Shown here: positions 25,629 to 37,553 of the stretch, piece by piece | How the letters are laid out: each line of letters opens with the position of its first letter | How positions within the stretch are numbered: the stretch's first letter is position 1 | Assembly (NCBI GenBank): GCA_051530055.1 | Contig: CM121341.1 | Coordinates: 5,992,784-6,056,783 of the forward strand | Direction of reading: 5' to 3' | Origin: Neoechinorhynchus agilis | Lineage: Eukaryota > Animalia > Acanthocephala | Length of the DNA stretch: 64,000 bases | Translations under genes and position numbers: made by a program | Notes under the pieces: model-generated | Databases searched by the model: none | What the model was told of the DNA's origin: nothing | Seen by the model: the letters and a program-made list of their open reading frames with translations, nothing else

Positions 25629-27894
25629 ATTAACGCTAAAAATGGCCAACCCAACCTAAAAAACAGGTCTGTCGACGTTTCGATCACTCATCTACAATTT
25701 CAAATCACCAGGAAACTATGCAACATCCTTTTAGATTTTGATGGGACGCATTTTGTTGAGAAGGAGCAAATGTTCTTGAGACCTGGCACACATCTCTGTG
25801 GCCAACACAATGAAAAGCAATAAAGCGACACCGTAAAATTGCCTGCCAGCGATGTAGTTGAAATCAATAGAAAAAAACGATGGATTAACGCTAAAAATGG
25901 CCAACCCAACCTAAAAAACAGGTCTGTCGACGTTTCGATCACTCATCTACAATTTCAAATCACCAGGAAACTATGCAACATCCTTTTAGATTTTGATGGG
26001 ACGCATTTTGTTGAGAAGGAGCCAAATCTTGGAAGGCGTTTTGTTCTTGAGGCCTGGCACACATCTCTGTGGCCAACACAATGAAAAGCAATAAAGCGAC
26101 ACCGTAAAATTGCCTGCCAGCGATGTAGTTGAAATCAATAGAAAAAACGATGGATTAACGCTAAAAATGGCCAACCCAACCTAAAAAACAGGTCTGTCGA
26201 CGTTTCGATCACTCATCTACAATTTCAAATCACCAGGAAACTATGCAACATCCTTTTAGATTTTGATGGGACGCATTTTGTTGAGAAGGAGCCAAATCTT
26301 GGAAGGCGTTTTGTTCTTGAGGCCTGGCACACATCTCTGTGGCCAACACAATGAAAAGCAATAAAGCGACACCGTAAAATTGCCTGCCAGCGATGTAGTT
26401 GAAATCAATAGAAAAAACGATGGATTAACGCTAAAAATGGCCAACCCAACCTAAAAAACAGGTCTGTCGACGTTTCGATCACTCATCTACAATTTCAAAT
26501 CACCAGGAAACTATGCAACATCCTTTTAGATTTTGATGGGACGCATTTTGTTGAGAAGGAGCCAAATCTTGGAAGGCGTTTTGTTCTTGAGGCCTGGCAC
26601 ACATCTCTGTGGCCAACACAATGAAAAGCAATAAAGCGACACCGTAAAATTGCCTGCCAGCGATGTAGTTGAAATCAATAGAAAAAACGATGGATTAACG
26701 CTAAAAATGGCCAACCCAACCTAAAAAACAGGTCTGTCGACGTTTCGATCACTCATCTACAATTTCAAATCACCAGGAAACTATGCAACATCCTTTTAGA
26801 TTTTGATGGGACGCATTTTGTTGAGAAGGAGCCAAATCTTGGAAGGCGTTTTGTTCTTGAGGCCTGGCACACATCTCTGTGGCCAATACAATGAAAAGCA
26901 ATAAAGCGACACCGTAAAATTGCCTGCCAGCGATGTAGTTGAAATCAATAGAAAAAACGATGGATTAACGCTAAAAATGGCCAACCCAACCTAAAAAACA
27001 GGTCTGTCGACGTTTCGATCACTCATCTACAATTTCAAATCACCAGGAAACTATGCAACATCCTTTTAGATTTTGATGGGACGCATTTTGTTGAGAAGGA
27101 GCCAAATCTTGGAAGGCGTTTTGTTCTTGAGGCCTGGCACACATCTCTGTGGCCAACACAATGAAAAGCAATAAAGCGACACCGTAAAATTGCCTGCCAG
27201 CGATGTAGTTGAAATCAATAGAAAAAACGATGGATTAACGCTAAAAATGGCCAACCCAACCTAAAAAACAGGTCTGTCGACGTTTCGATCACTCATCTAC
27301 AATTTCAAATCACCAGGAAACTATGCAACATCCTTTTAGATTTTGATGGGACGCATTTTGTTGAGAAGGAGCCAAATCTTGGAAGGCGTTTTGTTCTTGA
27401 GGCCTGGCACACATCTCTGTGGCCAACACAATGAAAAGCAATAAAGCGACACCGTAAAATTGCCTGCCAGCGATGTAGTTGAAATCAATAGAAAAAACGA
27501 TGGATTAACGCTAAAAATGGCCAACCCAACCTAAAAAACAGGTCTGTCGACGTTTCGATCACTCATCTACAATTTCAAATCACCAGGAAACTATGCAACA
27601 TCCTTTTAGATTTTGATGGGACGCATTTTGTTGAGAAGGAGCCAAATCTTGGAAGGCGTTTTGTTCTTGAGGCCTGGCGCACATCTCTGTGGCCAATACA
27701 ATGAAAAGCAATAAAGCGACACCGTAAAATTGCCTGCCAGCGATGTAGTTGAAATCAATAGAAAAAACGATGGATTAACGCTAAAAATGGCCAACCCAAC
27801 CTAAAAAACAGGTCTGTCGACGTTTCGATCACTCATCTACAATTTCAAATCACCAGGAAACTATGCAACATCCTCACAATGAAAAGCAATAAAG
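25629..27894. repeat. Tandem array of a 270-bp unit: one 255-bp copy, seven nearly identical 270-bp copies, and a partial copy
   Basis: Unit start ATTAACGCTAAAAATGG at 25629, 25884, 26154, 26424, 26694, 26964, 27234, 27504 and 27774. Confidence 0.98.
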
Positions 27895-28394
27895 TGAATT
27901 TCTTTTTTTTTCAAAGCGCTCAAAATCTAATGTTCTTGCGATTTTTGAAAAGTTGTAAGTACAGGATTCTTAAAAAAAGAACCATTTGAGTATTGGACAT
28001 GATGAATGGATATTTACTACCGAGTATTCTGGCACAGATTCGATGCAATTATTTGTGAATAACAAATTTTGGTGGCAAGAGCCAATAAATTGTGCATTCG
28101 ATTTCAACATTGCTGGTTTGTTCTTTTAAAATATGAGAATTATAGAAATATTGAAGAGACGAACTCGTTCGGACCCTCATTAAAAGTGATACAAAAGCGT
28201 CAAAATAAGACAGGAAGAATTAATCTTCGGATTGTTTGATTAAATCGGTCTGAGACCTGAATTTATGTTTAAGAGCTGCCCGAATTTGTCTTCAATTTTA
28301 GGATGTGTTTTGGGCTCCAAAAAGGATCAGCTAAAAGCTCCGCCGTTGATTCATGGCATTTTGTATACAATGACACTCGATGTGTACGACGTTT

Positions 28395-29780
28395 TTAGGC
28401 TTGTGGTGTTTTAGATTCCTCCTCCTCGTTGTTGGCCATTGATCTTTGAATGACCTCTGATGATTCAGCGTTTGTAGAACCGTTATTAACGTCACAGCAA
28501 CTCTGTTGAGCGCACTGTTGGTCTTGACAAGACAAGAGACAAGTCAAATCTTCACATTCGCCGTTTTCCCATTCGATTTGAATAGTGGTCGAATGAATCC
28601 CTCGTTTGTGAAAAAACTGTTTCATTGCACTCGCTACGGACATGTAATTGGCCAAATTAGTCCGTTTTACATGAGCTGAGGTGATTATCTTGTCGTCGTT
28701 GAGCTGCCACACATGAAATTCATGGATACTTTGTATTTCTGGAATCTCAGTCAAGAGTTCTTTTTGCAGTTCAGTCGTACTAAGATGTGCCGGAACCGTC
28801 TGAAGTAAAATTAGTGCAGACCGTTTCAACAAACCGACAGTTGTTGAGGTTATTATGAGTCCAATAACAATACTGAGACTAGGATCAATGTATCGGACCC
28901 AATGAGGTTTAGTGACCTCTCCGTTTACATCAACAACCGGCACGTACTTTGTCAATAAGGCACTTGCAATAACAACCAGTGAACCGAGAGCATCTCCAAG
29001 CACGTGAAGAAATACTCCTTTTATATTCATATTTCCTCTCTTTGAACGTCGATTACTCTCTTGTTGATCGGATGACGATATCTCTACAGTAGGAGGCATT
29101 TGAATCTGTACATCGTGAGGCTCTGTGGTCTTTTTTTGATTACTACCTTCACCATTAGCTACGAGATCGTCTATCGCTCTATTGATTGTCTGATCGACAA
29201 AATAATGCCTTCCTGTTCCATGATCTCCTCCAATCACCTCATTAAGAGTAGCCTGCATTAATGGGTCATTTCTGAAATTGACATCGCTCTCTTTTGCTCG
29301 ATCTTCGGCGACTAAATGAGCAGTGGTTTCCGTTCGCGGTCTCCGGTTAAGTTTCCCATGAGAATGATTGTGGCCAGAAGCTCCTGATGCAAACATCACC
29401 ATACCTATCACATTGATGACAAGCCCGATTCCACCGACAATGAGTACTTTGTCGGCATCAGTAATCTCCTCCGGCTCGATGAATCGTCTTAGAGCGTCGG
29501 TAAATATAGTGAAACACAACGTTAACAAGATGACTGCGTTCACGAGAGCTCCCACGATTTCCGTTCGAATCCATCCAAACGTGTTCTTGGACGAGCGTTT
29601 CCGTTTTGCGATCCGAATTGCACTCAAGGCTACTATGAGTGCGATCAAGTCCGAAAGCATGTGAAACGAGTCCGCAACTAATGCCAATGAATCTGTTATG
29701 TGGCCAGTTATGAACTCAACCAAGAAGTATCCGGTCACCATCACAATCATCACCACAAGACGGACCGTGTGAGAAAACAT
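28395..29780 (-). CDS. SLC30A1: CDF-family zinc exporter, ZnT1/SLC30A1-like, single exon
   Basis: SLALVADSFHMLSD, TFGWIRTEIVGALVN, His loop GHNHSHG, NIKGVFLHVLGDALGS, YIDPSLS, IHEFHVWQL, FFHKRGIHSTTIQIE, Cys-rich tail. Confidence 0.93.
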   Translation of the reverse strand: MFSHTVRLVVMIVMVTGYFLVEFITGHITDSLALVADSFHMLSDLIALIVALSAIRIAKRKRSSKNTFGWIRTEIVGALVNAVILLTLCFTIFTDALRRFIEPEEITDADKVLIVGGIGLVINVIGMVMFASGASGHNHSHGKLNRRPRTETTAHLVAEDRAKESDVNFRNDPLMQATLNEVIGGDHGTGRHYFVDQTINRAIDDLVANGEGSNQKKTTEPHDVQIQMPPTVEISSSDQQESNRRSKRGNMNIKGVFLHVLGDALGSLVVIASALLTKYVPVVDVNGEVTKPHWVRYIDPSLSIVIGLIITSTTVGLLKRSALILLQTVPAHLSTTELQKELLTEIPEIQSIHEFHVWQLNDDKIITSAHVKRTNLANYMSVASAMKQFFHKRGIHSTTIQIEWENGECEDLTCLLSCQDQQCAQQSCCDVNNGSTNAESSEVIQRSMANNEEEESKTPQA

Positions 29781-30049
29781 TGCGGCTTTTTTCGGCGTCT
29801 AAAACAAGTGTTCATTTTTGGATGAGTCCTAGTGAACGATAGAGAGAGAGAGAATGTCTTCTTCTAGTAAAATAGTTGCATTCGGGAGGAGACACGCGGC
29901 GCTCCTCAGAAATGACTCATTCGCTTCTAAGAAAAAGATGATTGTGTGTGAGAGGTTTCATCTAATTGCGATACCAGTGTCGAAGAATCGAACTCATTAT
30001 TGATCGATAATGCAATAACATGTGAGAGAAAATCCTTCAAAAGAGTTAG

Positions 30050-30256
30050 TGTTTCCAAAAACGAGAGAGAGAGAAGGGACCGGTCGTTGTATTCGACATA
30101 AAAGCAAATTCCTCTTTTTCGACTTAGTTATCCGGAGAACATCTCCAACTCTGAAACACTCTGATCATCATAATCCCTCACCGAGCTCACCGAAAAAACT
30201 ATTTTGTTGAGATGTTTCCAAAAACGAGAGAGAGAGAGAAGGGACCGGTCGTTGTA
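30050..30256. repeat. Dispersed pair of about 43-bp direct repeats with (GA)n core, upstream of the ZnT1 start
   Basis: TGTTTCCAAAAAC(GA)nAGGGACCGGTCGTTGTA at 30050-30091 and 30213-30256. Confidence 0.85.
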
Positions 30257-30769
30257 AATTGTTTCGAACCGTTTTCGAAAAGAGTTGCTCCTATTTTCCC
30301 CTTTTGAAATATCTCATACAATTTTTTGTGAACTCGCGAAAATTTCACATTGTGTCAGAAGATGGAAGGTTAAAAGTTCTTCTTTTTTTCTGAAGTTGAA
30401 TGGAAAGTCTGCTACAACAGGAAGAAGTATTTCTCAGATCTACTGGTATTTATTCTCGAAAAACAAGCATTCCTTCTGGTCATTGAACTGTTAAATATTA
30501 TTGTAGCCTTGACCTGTTGTTTACTTCAAGGGTGCTCTTACGGATTCCCACGTCTTCCTTCTGGTATCTAACGATCACCGCGGATTTTTATATTTGAAAA
30601 AGGTTCAAGAAACACTGCAAAAAGGCTTTCAACCGTTATCCGCCATCACATTGGTGCGTTTCTCTAATTACGTCACTGTGAGCATTCTTCCGTGTAGCAA
30701 ACGATGACCATTATTTTTGAACGGGAAAAATCGTGATAAAATGGCGTGATGTTGAAAAATCCAATGTGC

Positions 30770-31048
30770 AAATTTTGGAAGAACGCGTTTACAAGAGCGG
30801 CTGAGTGCTGCTGTCGAGCCGGTGCAGGAAGTGATAGCCAAAAGAAGAATGCGATGGTTCCATTATGTCGAGCAACGAGCGGAAGACGATTGGATAAAGA
30901 GCGTCTGAAGCCAAGGAGAAGCGGGGAAGGCCGAAAAAATCATGGAAAGTGTGATGGAGAATGTAAGACGATCGGATGAAGTTTGATTTTTGAGGACAAG
31001 CTGACAAAGCGACCTCTCTCTCTACTATGAGAGAGAGAGAAAGTGAAG
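30770..31048 (+). mobile_element. Degenerate 3' end of an RTE-clade non-LTR retrotransposon
   Basis: Across frameshifts: QERLSAAVEPVQEVIAKRRMRWFHYVEQRAEDDWIKSV then KRGRPKKSW, matching the RTE C-terminal RRLRWFGHV..R..GRPKK.W pattern; terminal hairpin CTCTCTCTCT-ACTATG-AGAGAGAGAG at 31014-31039. Confidence 0.7.
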
Positions 31049-31393
31049 ATTGGATGAAAAAAGAAGACAAAATTTTGATTTGCGCCAAATCGATTGGTTT
31101 CGCTAGTTTTAGAGTGGGAACTATAGATTTGTACGGTCCATTAGTGAAAAAACTCAATTTTTTCGCACTCGCTCGTCGAGGCCAACTCCCATACCTGATT
31201 TCGTTTTCGCGCAATGCTTTGTTTCGGCAACAGTCCCTTAAAAAAAGCGTTCGATGTCAAAGTGCCCAATTTTGATCCAGTCGACTGATAGAAATAAAAA
31301 AAAATTAGAGTCAATTACGACGAAGGAGATTTTTTATTTAAGAACGAATCTAATCGACCGTATCGTCTTCGTCCATTTGATCATCATCGCTTT

Positions 31394-31978
31394 CTATAGA
31401 AAATGATGGAGTTTAGAGTGAGTGCTGCGCAAATGAGACAACTCACGGCTATCTTCGACGTCTGCCGTCCAAAGAGCATGTCTTATAATGCGATCAGCGA
31501 CAGCGGCATTCACTCGAGGCTGTACTCGACCGCCACTGTTCATCACATTGGCCACTTCCGTTATGCGAGCGAATTGACCTTTGACCCTTTGCTAATGGCG
31601 ATGTCGACCACTGTGACAAATTTATCACTTACGATTTCTCCGGGCATTTGAGTTTCCTTCACATCGATCCCAGTACACATCATGTAAGCTAACGGCAATT
31701 CACATTTAAAAAGAAAAATAGAGCAAACTGACCCCAAAATCCGCAGTTCATAGCGAACATAACCGTTGCTTCCATCTTCACCCGATCAACCGAACTCAAA
31801 GACTGCGTCAGACTCTCATATGAGACGCTGAGAATTGTTTCAACTAATACAAGGATTTTTCGCCCCCCCTCCCACAACGAAATTCCTTGCCGTCTAAATT
31901 CTCAAATTTCCTGACGGTGTCGCGAAAAGACGTCAAATCGTCCATTGTCTTATCGTCATCAAACGTTTTTTTATCCAT
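31394..31978 (-). CDS. C1D: C1D/Rrp47 nuclear exosome cofactor (about 4 exons)
   Basis: Spliced product LTSFRDTVRKFENL..ETILSVSYESLTQSLSSVDRVKMEATVMFAMNCGFWAYMMCTGIDVKETQMPGEIQRVK...VNAAVADRIIRHALW fits the Sas10/C1D pattern. An upstream ATG at 32059 is also possible. Confidence 0.8.
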
Positions 31979-32121
31979 TCGGACAAGCACGCCAATGAAG
32001 AACAGTTCAAAGGTTCTTGCACGGACACTTGAAACCCGGAAGAATCGTGGTGACGACATGAGTTAATCTCGTTGTGTGCGTTAGGCAAGGTGGTGTTTTA
32101 GTTTAAACCGTCCAGTCGTGA

Positions 32122-33887
32122 ATGTTCAAACGGAAAGGATCGACGAGTTTGAACATGAGTTCATATGGTTCAATGGTTGACACTTTTGGGCGTTTATTGT
32201 ATCCTGATCGCTTTTATAAAATAATCGCCGAAGGTACCATCTCCAAGTGTTTTAGAGAACTTCAGTATAAATCTTTAGTTAAAAGGTGGCGTTGATGGAA
32301 GTGTAAGAAGAGACGTTTGGAAATTATTATTTGGATACTTTCACCACGAACTTACCAGTGGGTACGTTGGGTCGGCCACTTGTTCGATCTCAAACTGCGT
32401 TCAATATCTTTGATTGATTTTCCCTTTTTTTTTGGTGACCGTAGGGAGAAATTGGAGGCGTCTGTTATATACGAACAAAGCTATGAGAAACTTAAGAATG
32501 AGTGGATGCAGGAACTAAAGAACAATGGTGAGCATTAAGAGCGAAAAAGAGCAATTTTTAATTTCAAGAATTAAAGTTGAACTACTTGGAACAATCAAGG
32601 AATTGTCTACTTGTCGAACAGAGCTATTTATCGAAAAAGATATTCTCGAAGCAACACCAAGCGACAATAAGGCATCAATGATATCATCAAAGGTTTTACA
32701 ATTGATCATTAAAGACGTTCCACGCACTCACATGTATGATTCAAATGATTTGAGTGCTCCGTTTAAACTATTTAATGTCCTTATGACTTTTGCTTACCAG
32801 CGAACGAGTGTTCGGTAATCCGAGAAAAGGGATTTTTCGTTCAGAACCTTTCGAGACCTTCGACTTGTCGATTATTTAGTAATCTGGACCTTTTTTTTAA
32901 TTAGCCCTCTTTTTGATGAACAATTACATAGTTAACAGTCAGATTTCTTTTTTTTTGAAATGGACACTTGGACAAGCTCGACGCCGGCGGCGGCGGCGGA
33001 AATAAAGCCTGGTTCTTTTTAACACCAGTTTGCCAAAGTGTTCCTATTCGAAATCAAGTCGTGTTTATGATAAGATGATCTCAAATGAACGGTGTGGCCC
33101 GATTTCCTTCAGCGGAATCGACTGTATTAAAAAAGAAGATGTCAATTCACAAAATGAAAGGTCTTATAAAATCCCACATAACCTGGACTCCGCCTCTTAA
33201 ATTGAGAATTTAACGATAATTTTAGAAAATAATATTGGGTTCTTTTACTCTCGGAATACTGATTTATTGGCTACATCCAAGGAATGGGCGACGTTGTAAG
33301 TGCATTTATAAGCGTCCTCCACAAGGAATGCGAGTGTTTTCGATGCTTTGATTATTTCGTAAAGGAATTCGGCACAATGTACACCGAGGAAGGTCTCGTT
33401 CAAAAGCTCGCAGGATTGAGGAATATAATTCGGATAGTAGCTCATGGATACTGATACACCGTGATTGCCCGATGAGCACTTCTAAGGACAGTATCCATGG
33501 TTAGACAAAGATTTATTGGATAAAATGTGTGCCAATCATCTCAATGACATGAGTCCATTTTATCCGTTCCTAATGCCGTTCTTTTTACGCGAATTCTCCA
33601 ACAACGAAAGTTCAATTAGTTTCTTGGAAATGGTTTGCGCTCGTTTACACATCAACAAATACTATGCTAAGGTGGGGGAAAACAAGGACCGGTACCTGAC
33701 CTATGACCTATTCGTCTGCGTGGCACTACTTTCCTCAAAAACAAACAAAAGAAAACCAACATTATCTAGTGAATCAGACGACGGTATTAGTTACCTTTTT
33801 AGAAGCAACACCAAGAAACCAAATGCAATGACGGTTCTTAAAATGACCGATCAAGTGATTAAAAGGTTTGAACGTTTACAAACCTAG
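32122..33887 (+). CDS. TBC-domain Rab GTPase-activating protein (Gyp7/TBC1D15-like), multi-exon
   Basis: Exons give DTFGRLLYPDRFYKIIAEGGVDGSVRRDVWKLLFGYF, IIKDVPRT (R finger), IGYIQGMGDVVS (Q finger), FLMPFFLREF and DLFVCVALL. Confidence 0.8.
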
Positions 33888-35016
33888 TCGCCTGTACAAA
33901 TAAACTATTTTCATGTAAAATGGGGCCTTTTTGGCCATACCAAATTTTTGATTCTTGAGTTTAAGAAATTAGACCCATGTACCTTTGGGTTTCGTAGTTG
34001 TTGATATATGAATGGCACATAACCTTTTAGTAAATCTTTGGCTCAGGCAAAAGAAATCAACTGAAAAACAAGCTTTAAAGACTCTTCTTCTATGAGATAC
34101 TTCAAGGAGAGGGATTGGCAAAGGTTGTAAAAGACAACAGAAAACCTGGGTAAAATAAAGCTAAAGACAAAATTTGCAGAGAAAAGGGGATTGGTTGATC
34201 GCGGCACGTTTGTGGTCATCGGAAGCCGTATAGTAATCCATAAAATCTTTTGAGAAAGTTAGAAATTAGAGCTGGCAGCAGCCCCATGCGGCGGCGATGA
34301 CCAAGCGCTTGGCTACAACTTCGTGGCAAACTATATCGAAAAAGCGAGTTGATTTTGGGTGCACTTAGTAGAGCGATCCTTTCTCGCGTAAAGCACACGC
34401 CTGAACAAGTGAACACTCAAGTCAGGATGACGGATCTGGAGTTGCAGATTTTATAGAAGCATTCGGTGAGCAGACAAAAGAAATCAACTGACAACCAGTT
34501 TGACACTTCAAGGAGAGGGATTTTTGATTGACAAAAAGACGTGGGGGAGGGATAACAGCACTTCCCTAATGGCTCATTTCAACCTGACACAATTTTATAA
34601 AATAAGATGTACGTGATTGTATCGCAATTTGTCGCAGATTTAAGAACGTTTCGAGGTGTATTAATGGGATTAAATACTATGCAAACCGACTGAATACGTC
34701 TTTGTCGTTTAATCTTTGTCTTCGACTGTTCTTTTTGCAGATTATGTGTAAATGGCCCCTTTTTTGAGCATTTTCCCCCTAATCGTCCGACAACGGCACA
34801 ATTTAGCTTGTTTTCTGTACATTAAAACCGATGGTTTCGATAGGTCTTAGATTGCTGAACGGTAACAATGCAGTTTAGGAGATGATTTTAAAGAAGTGGC
34901 ATACAAAAATGTGTCGCCAGCCCTCATTTGATTTAAAATATATTTTCTAGAACATAGACGTGCGCGCCGCACAAACTGTGTTCAATTAAGCCACTATTGA
35001 ACGAGTCAGTAGTGGT

Positions 35017-35946
35017 CTAGACATAGAAATCCGATCTTCGAACAAAAGAATAGTTAGCTAAAGATGCAACGATGCAGATAACTTGAACTGCAGCGACTCC
35101 GACAGCGACGATTCCCGATTTCATCAATATCCTTGAGAACTGGCTGGATACTGGGTATCTACAACCCACTTTGTAATACAGTTGGCTCACATTGGCATTA
35201 AAAGTACTTGTCTCGAGTGTTACACACGAAGTAGGAACCCGGCCGTAAGTCGAATTCGTCCAATCGAAGAATCCATCGTATCCACAACACTTGAATTCAT
35301 AGTTAAGATTGTCCCATTCGTTTAAGAGATCCAAGTTGATTGTACTTGTCTCATTCTTTTGCACGGAAAGAGTCGCGTTCACACTTTGGCGCAGATTATA
35401 AGGCAAAGTAGTTCTCAAACCCTCCATTGCATTTAGAACTAATTTGATTAAAGGACACTCCTGGCTAATCCTCGATGACCCGCAAATGAAGAGACGACAC
35501 TTAAGATGATAAATAGAAATATTGTGAGCATGGATACGAAATACTAGGAAAAAGGCGTTAAAAATGATGAATTCGTCGAGGAAAAACTTACAGTAAGAAG
35601 GAACTTTCGGCGCTCCAAGAAAGTTCCGAAGGCTCCGATCACGCATAGAACTAGAACTGATAACGCTAAAAGTGTTCATTGAGCGAGAAAGAGTAAACAA
35701 AAAAAGGTCGTCGTACATGAAATAAGGACAGTGAGAGGTGGGAATAAAGCCTGGAATCCCAGCAAAGATCGAAACTCTAGACCGAATGCGATAAGTTTGC
35801 TTCCCGCAATTGTTGCTCCAATTGAAAGTAACTGCGATTTTCAACGACGGAAAAAATGATTATGGTTTTCTAAGCAACTAACAAACCAGCAGAATCAGGT
35901 TTCCGACTGTAAATGCGAATGTAGTCAACATGTAATAGGATGTCAT
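35017..35946 (-). CDS. Tetraspanin (about 4 short introns)
   Basis: Four hydrophobic segments after splicing, GAFGTFLERRKFLLTYF after TM2, large loop with CCG, VPTSC and GC, final TM GIVAVGVAAVQVICIVASL. Confidence 0.88.
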
Positions 35947-37257
35947 TACCTGAAATAGTTTGGGTGAAACGGGAGACGAGGATGGAAGTATAGCTGTGCG
36001 GCACAACCCTCAAACCAGGTTATTTCGACCGTTGACGATAACTACGAGGCTACGCACCACTGCGGATCGTGAGAAGAGCTATCAGCGGGAGACGGCGTTA
36101 GAAGCTTTCGATTGATTGCTAAGCGATAACAACAAGATTCATTCGCCTGTTCAATGATGCTTATCAAGAGAATTTGGGAGGCATTGGGTGTGGCTGCTTG
36201 TGAAACATAATTTTTGCTGTCAGCAGAAAAGCACTCGTGGATTATACTCTCACCTGGCCATCATTTCTAGACTATTTACCCTTAATATTCCGTCCAAAAA
36301 AAACACCACGCACCACCAATAATATGCTGAGTTTAAAATTCGTTGTCTTTATAACTTGCTCGTGCCGTGTGTTGTCTATTTTCGATCAATGTCGCTTGGG
36401 TCCTTTCCAATGTTAGCTCATGAGCTCTCCATATGTTGATCAGATTATAATGCGGCGTTCGTCCAAAACCAATAGCACAACGTGTGGTCCGAATGTATAA
36501 GAACAAATCAGATAAAAAACTATTTAAAGCAAACAGAGAAATCTATGTTTTAAACTATGAGGATTTTACCGGATCACAAAAAAGAACCCTCACTAATTCG
36601 CCAAGACTAAAAAATTCCTTTTGAGGTCGTTCAAATTGACTTTATCGAATTAACAAATTTAAGTTGCAGTGTCCACAATACACTTCACGGTATCCTATTT
36701 AATAGCTCGAGAAGAGTTTTATTGAAGACGTCGGGGATTTTACTTTTAAAACGAAATACCATGCGAAAAGCACTAATAATACCAGTTTTTTCCATGAATT
36801 CTGGAATTGAAACTACTAATTTAAGAAAAAACCACGCCATTCCGAATTTCTTCTTAAAGAAAACTGTTTTAATCGCTGAGACATTAAATATACTTATGAT
36901 AATATTAACATCACCTTAATGTCGACTACAATGGTTTTTATATGTGCTAAAGATTTTAACCGTATTCTCGATAGTGTGTAGAAACTTTCATCAAAAGAGT
37001 ACTTCACAAATATCCATAATGTATAGATATATCCGCATCTTGCCCCAATGTTAGATGAATTGCCTAAAAAAACCCATTTCTATTCAATCCTAGGGAGAGA
37101 TGTCTTCGATTTATTGAAAATTGTCGTCATTTAATTCGTAAAAACGTCGAAAAACTTTATATTATTAAATGGCGGCAACAACAATAATAATAAATTTCAC
37201 ATTCTAAATATGTTACAACGTTGTTGAACGATTACATGCTTGCCGCAAATTTGAACA

Positions 37258-37553
37258 GGGGCCCAGTGGCCGAGTGGCATAAGCGCGTTCATAATGCACT
37301 TGATATGTCGCTGGTTCAACACCACCGGTCGCTGGGTTCCCCCGAATGTGCGAGGCTGCTGGAAAGGGTGGGGGTCAGGTTTTGAGATCGCCCATCGGCC
37401 CCAAAGGGGGTTGGCCCTGTTCCTTCGAGTGCGGCTGAGCGCCTCCGTTGTGTGCAAGTTAGCCGAAAGGCTCAAAAAGGAATATAGCCGAAGCTATCAA
37501 AGAAGATGTCGCAAGACCAATGATTATATGTGGCCTTTGATAATAAATAAAAT
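37258..37553 (+). mobile_element. Full-length tRNA-headed SINE (296 bp) with 11-bp TSD
   Basis: TSD AAATTTGAACA at 37247-37257 and 37554-37564; A box TGGCCGAGTGG (37267-37277); B box GGTTCAACACC (37313-37323); GC-rich hairpin body; TAATAAATAAAAT tail. Confidence 0.85.

Noticed and set aside
25700-27794. Repeated 62-81-aa ORFs
   Set aside because: By-products of the 270-bp array; no frame stays open across units.
25629-27894. CRISPR-like interpretation of this or the 119-bp array
   Set aside because: Units are contiguous with no unique spacers, there are no cas genes, and the context is eukaryotic.
29780-30800. Metal-response elements upstream of ZnT1
   Set aside because: No TGCRCNC match found by eye on either strand.
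37236-37480. RNase P/MRP, SRP, 7SK or telomerase RNA
   Set aside because: Their conserved motifs are absent; TSD, A/B boxes and tail explain it as a SINE.
37410-37485. HDV-like or hammerhead ribozyme in the SINE body
   Set aside because: TTCCTT/AAGGAA and a GAAA hairpin are present, but P3/L3 and the P1.1 GG are missing; there is no CTGAnGA core.
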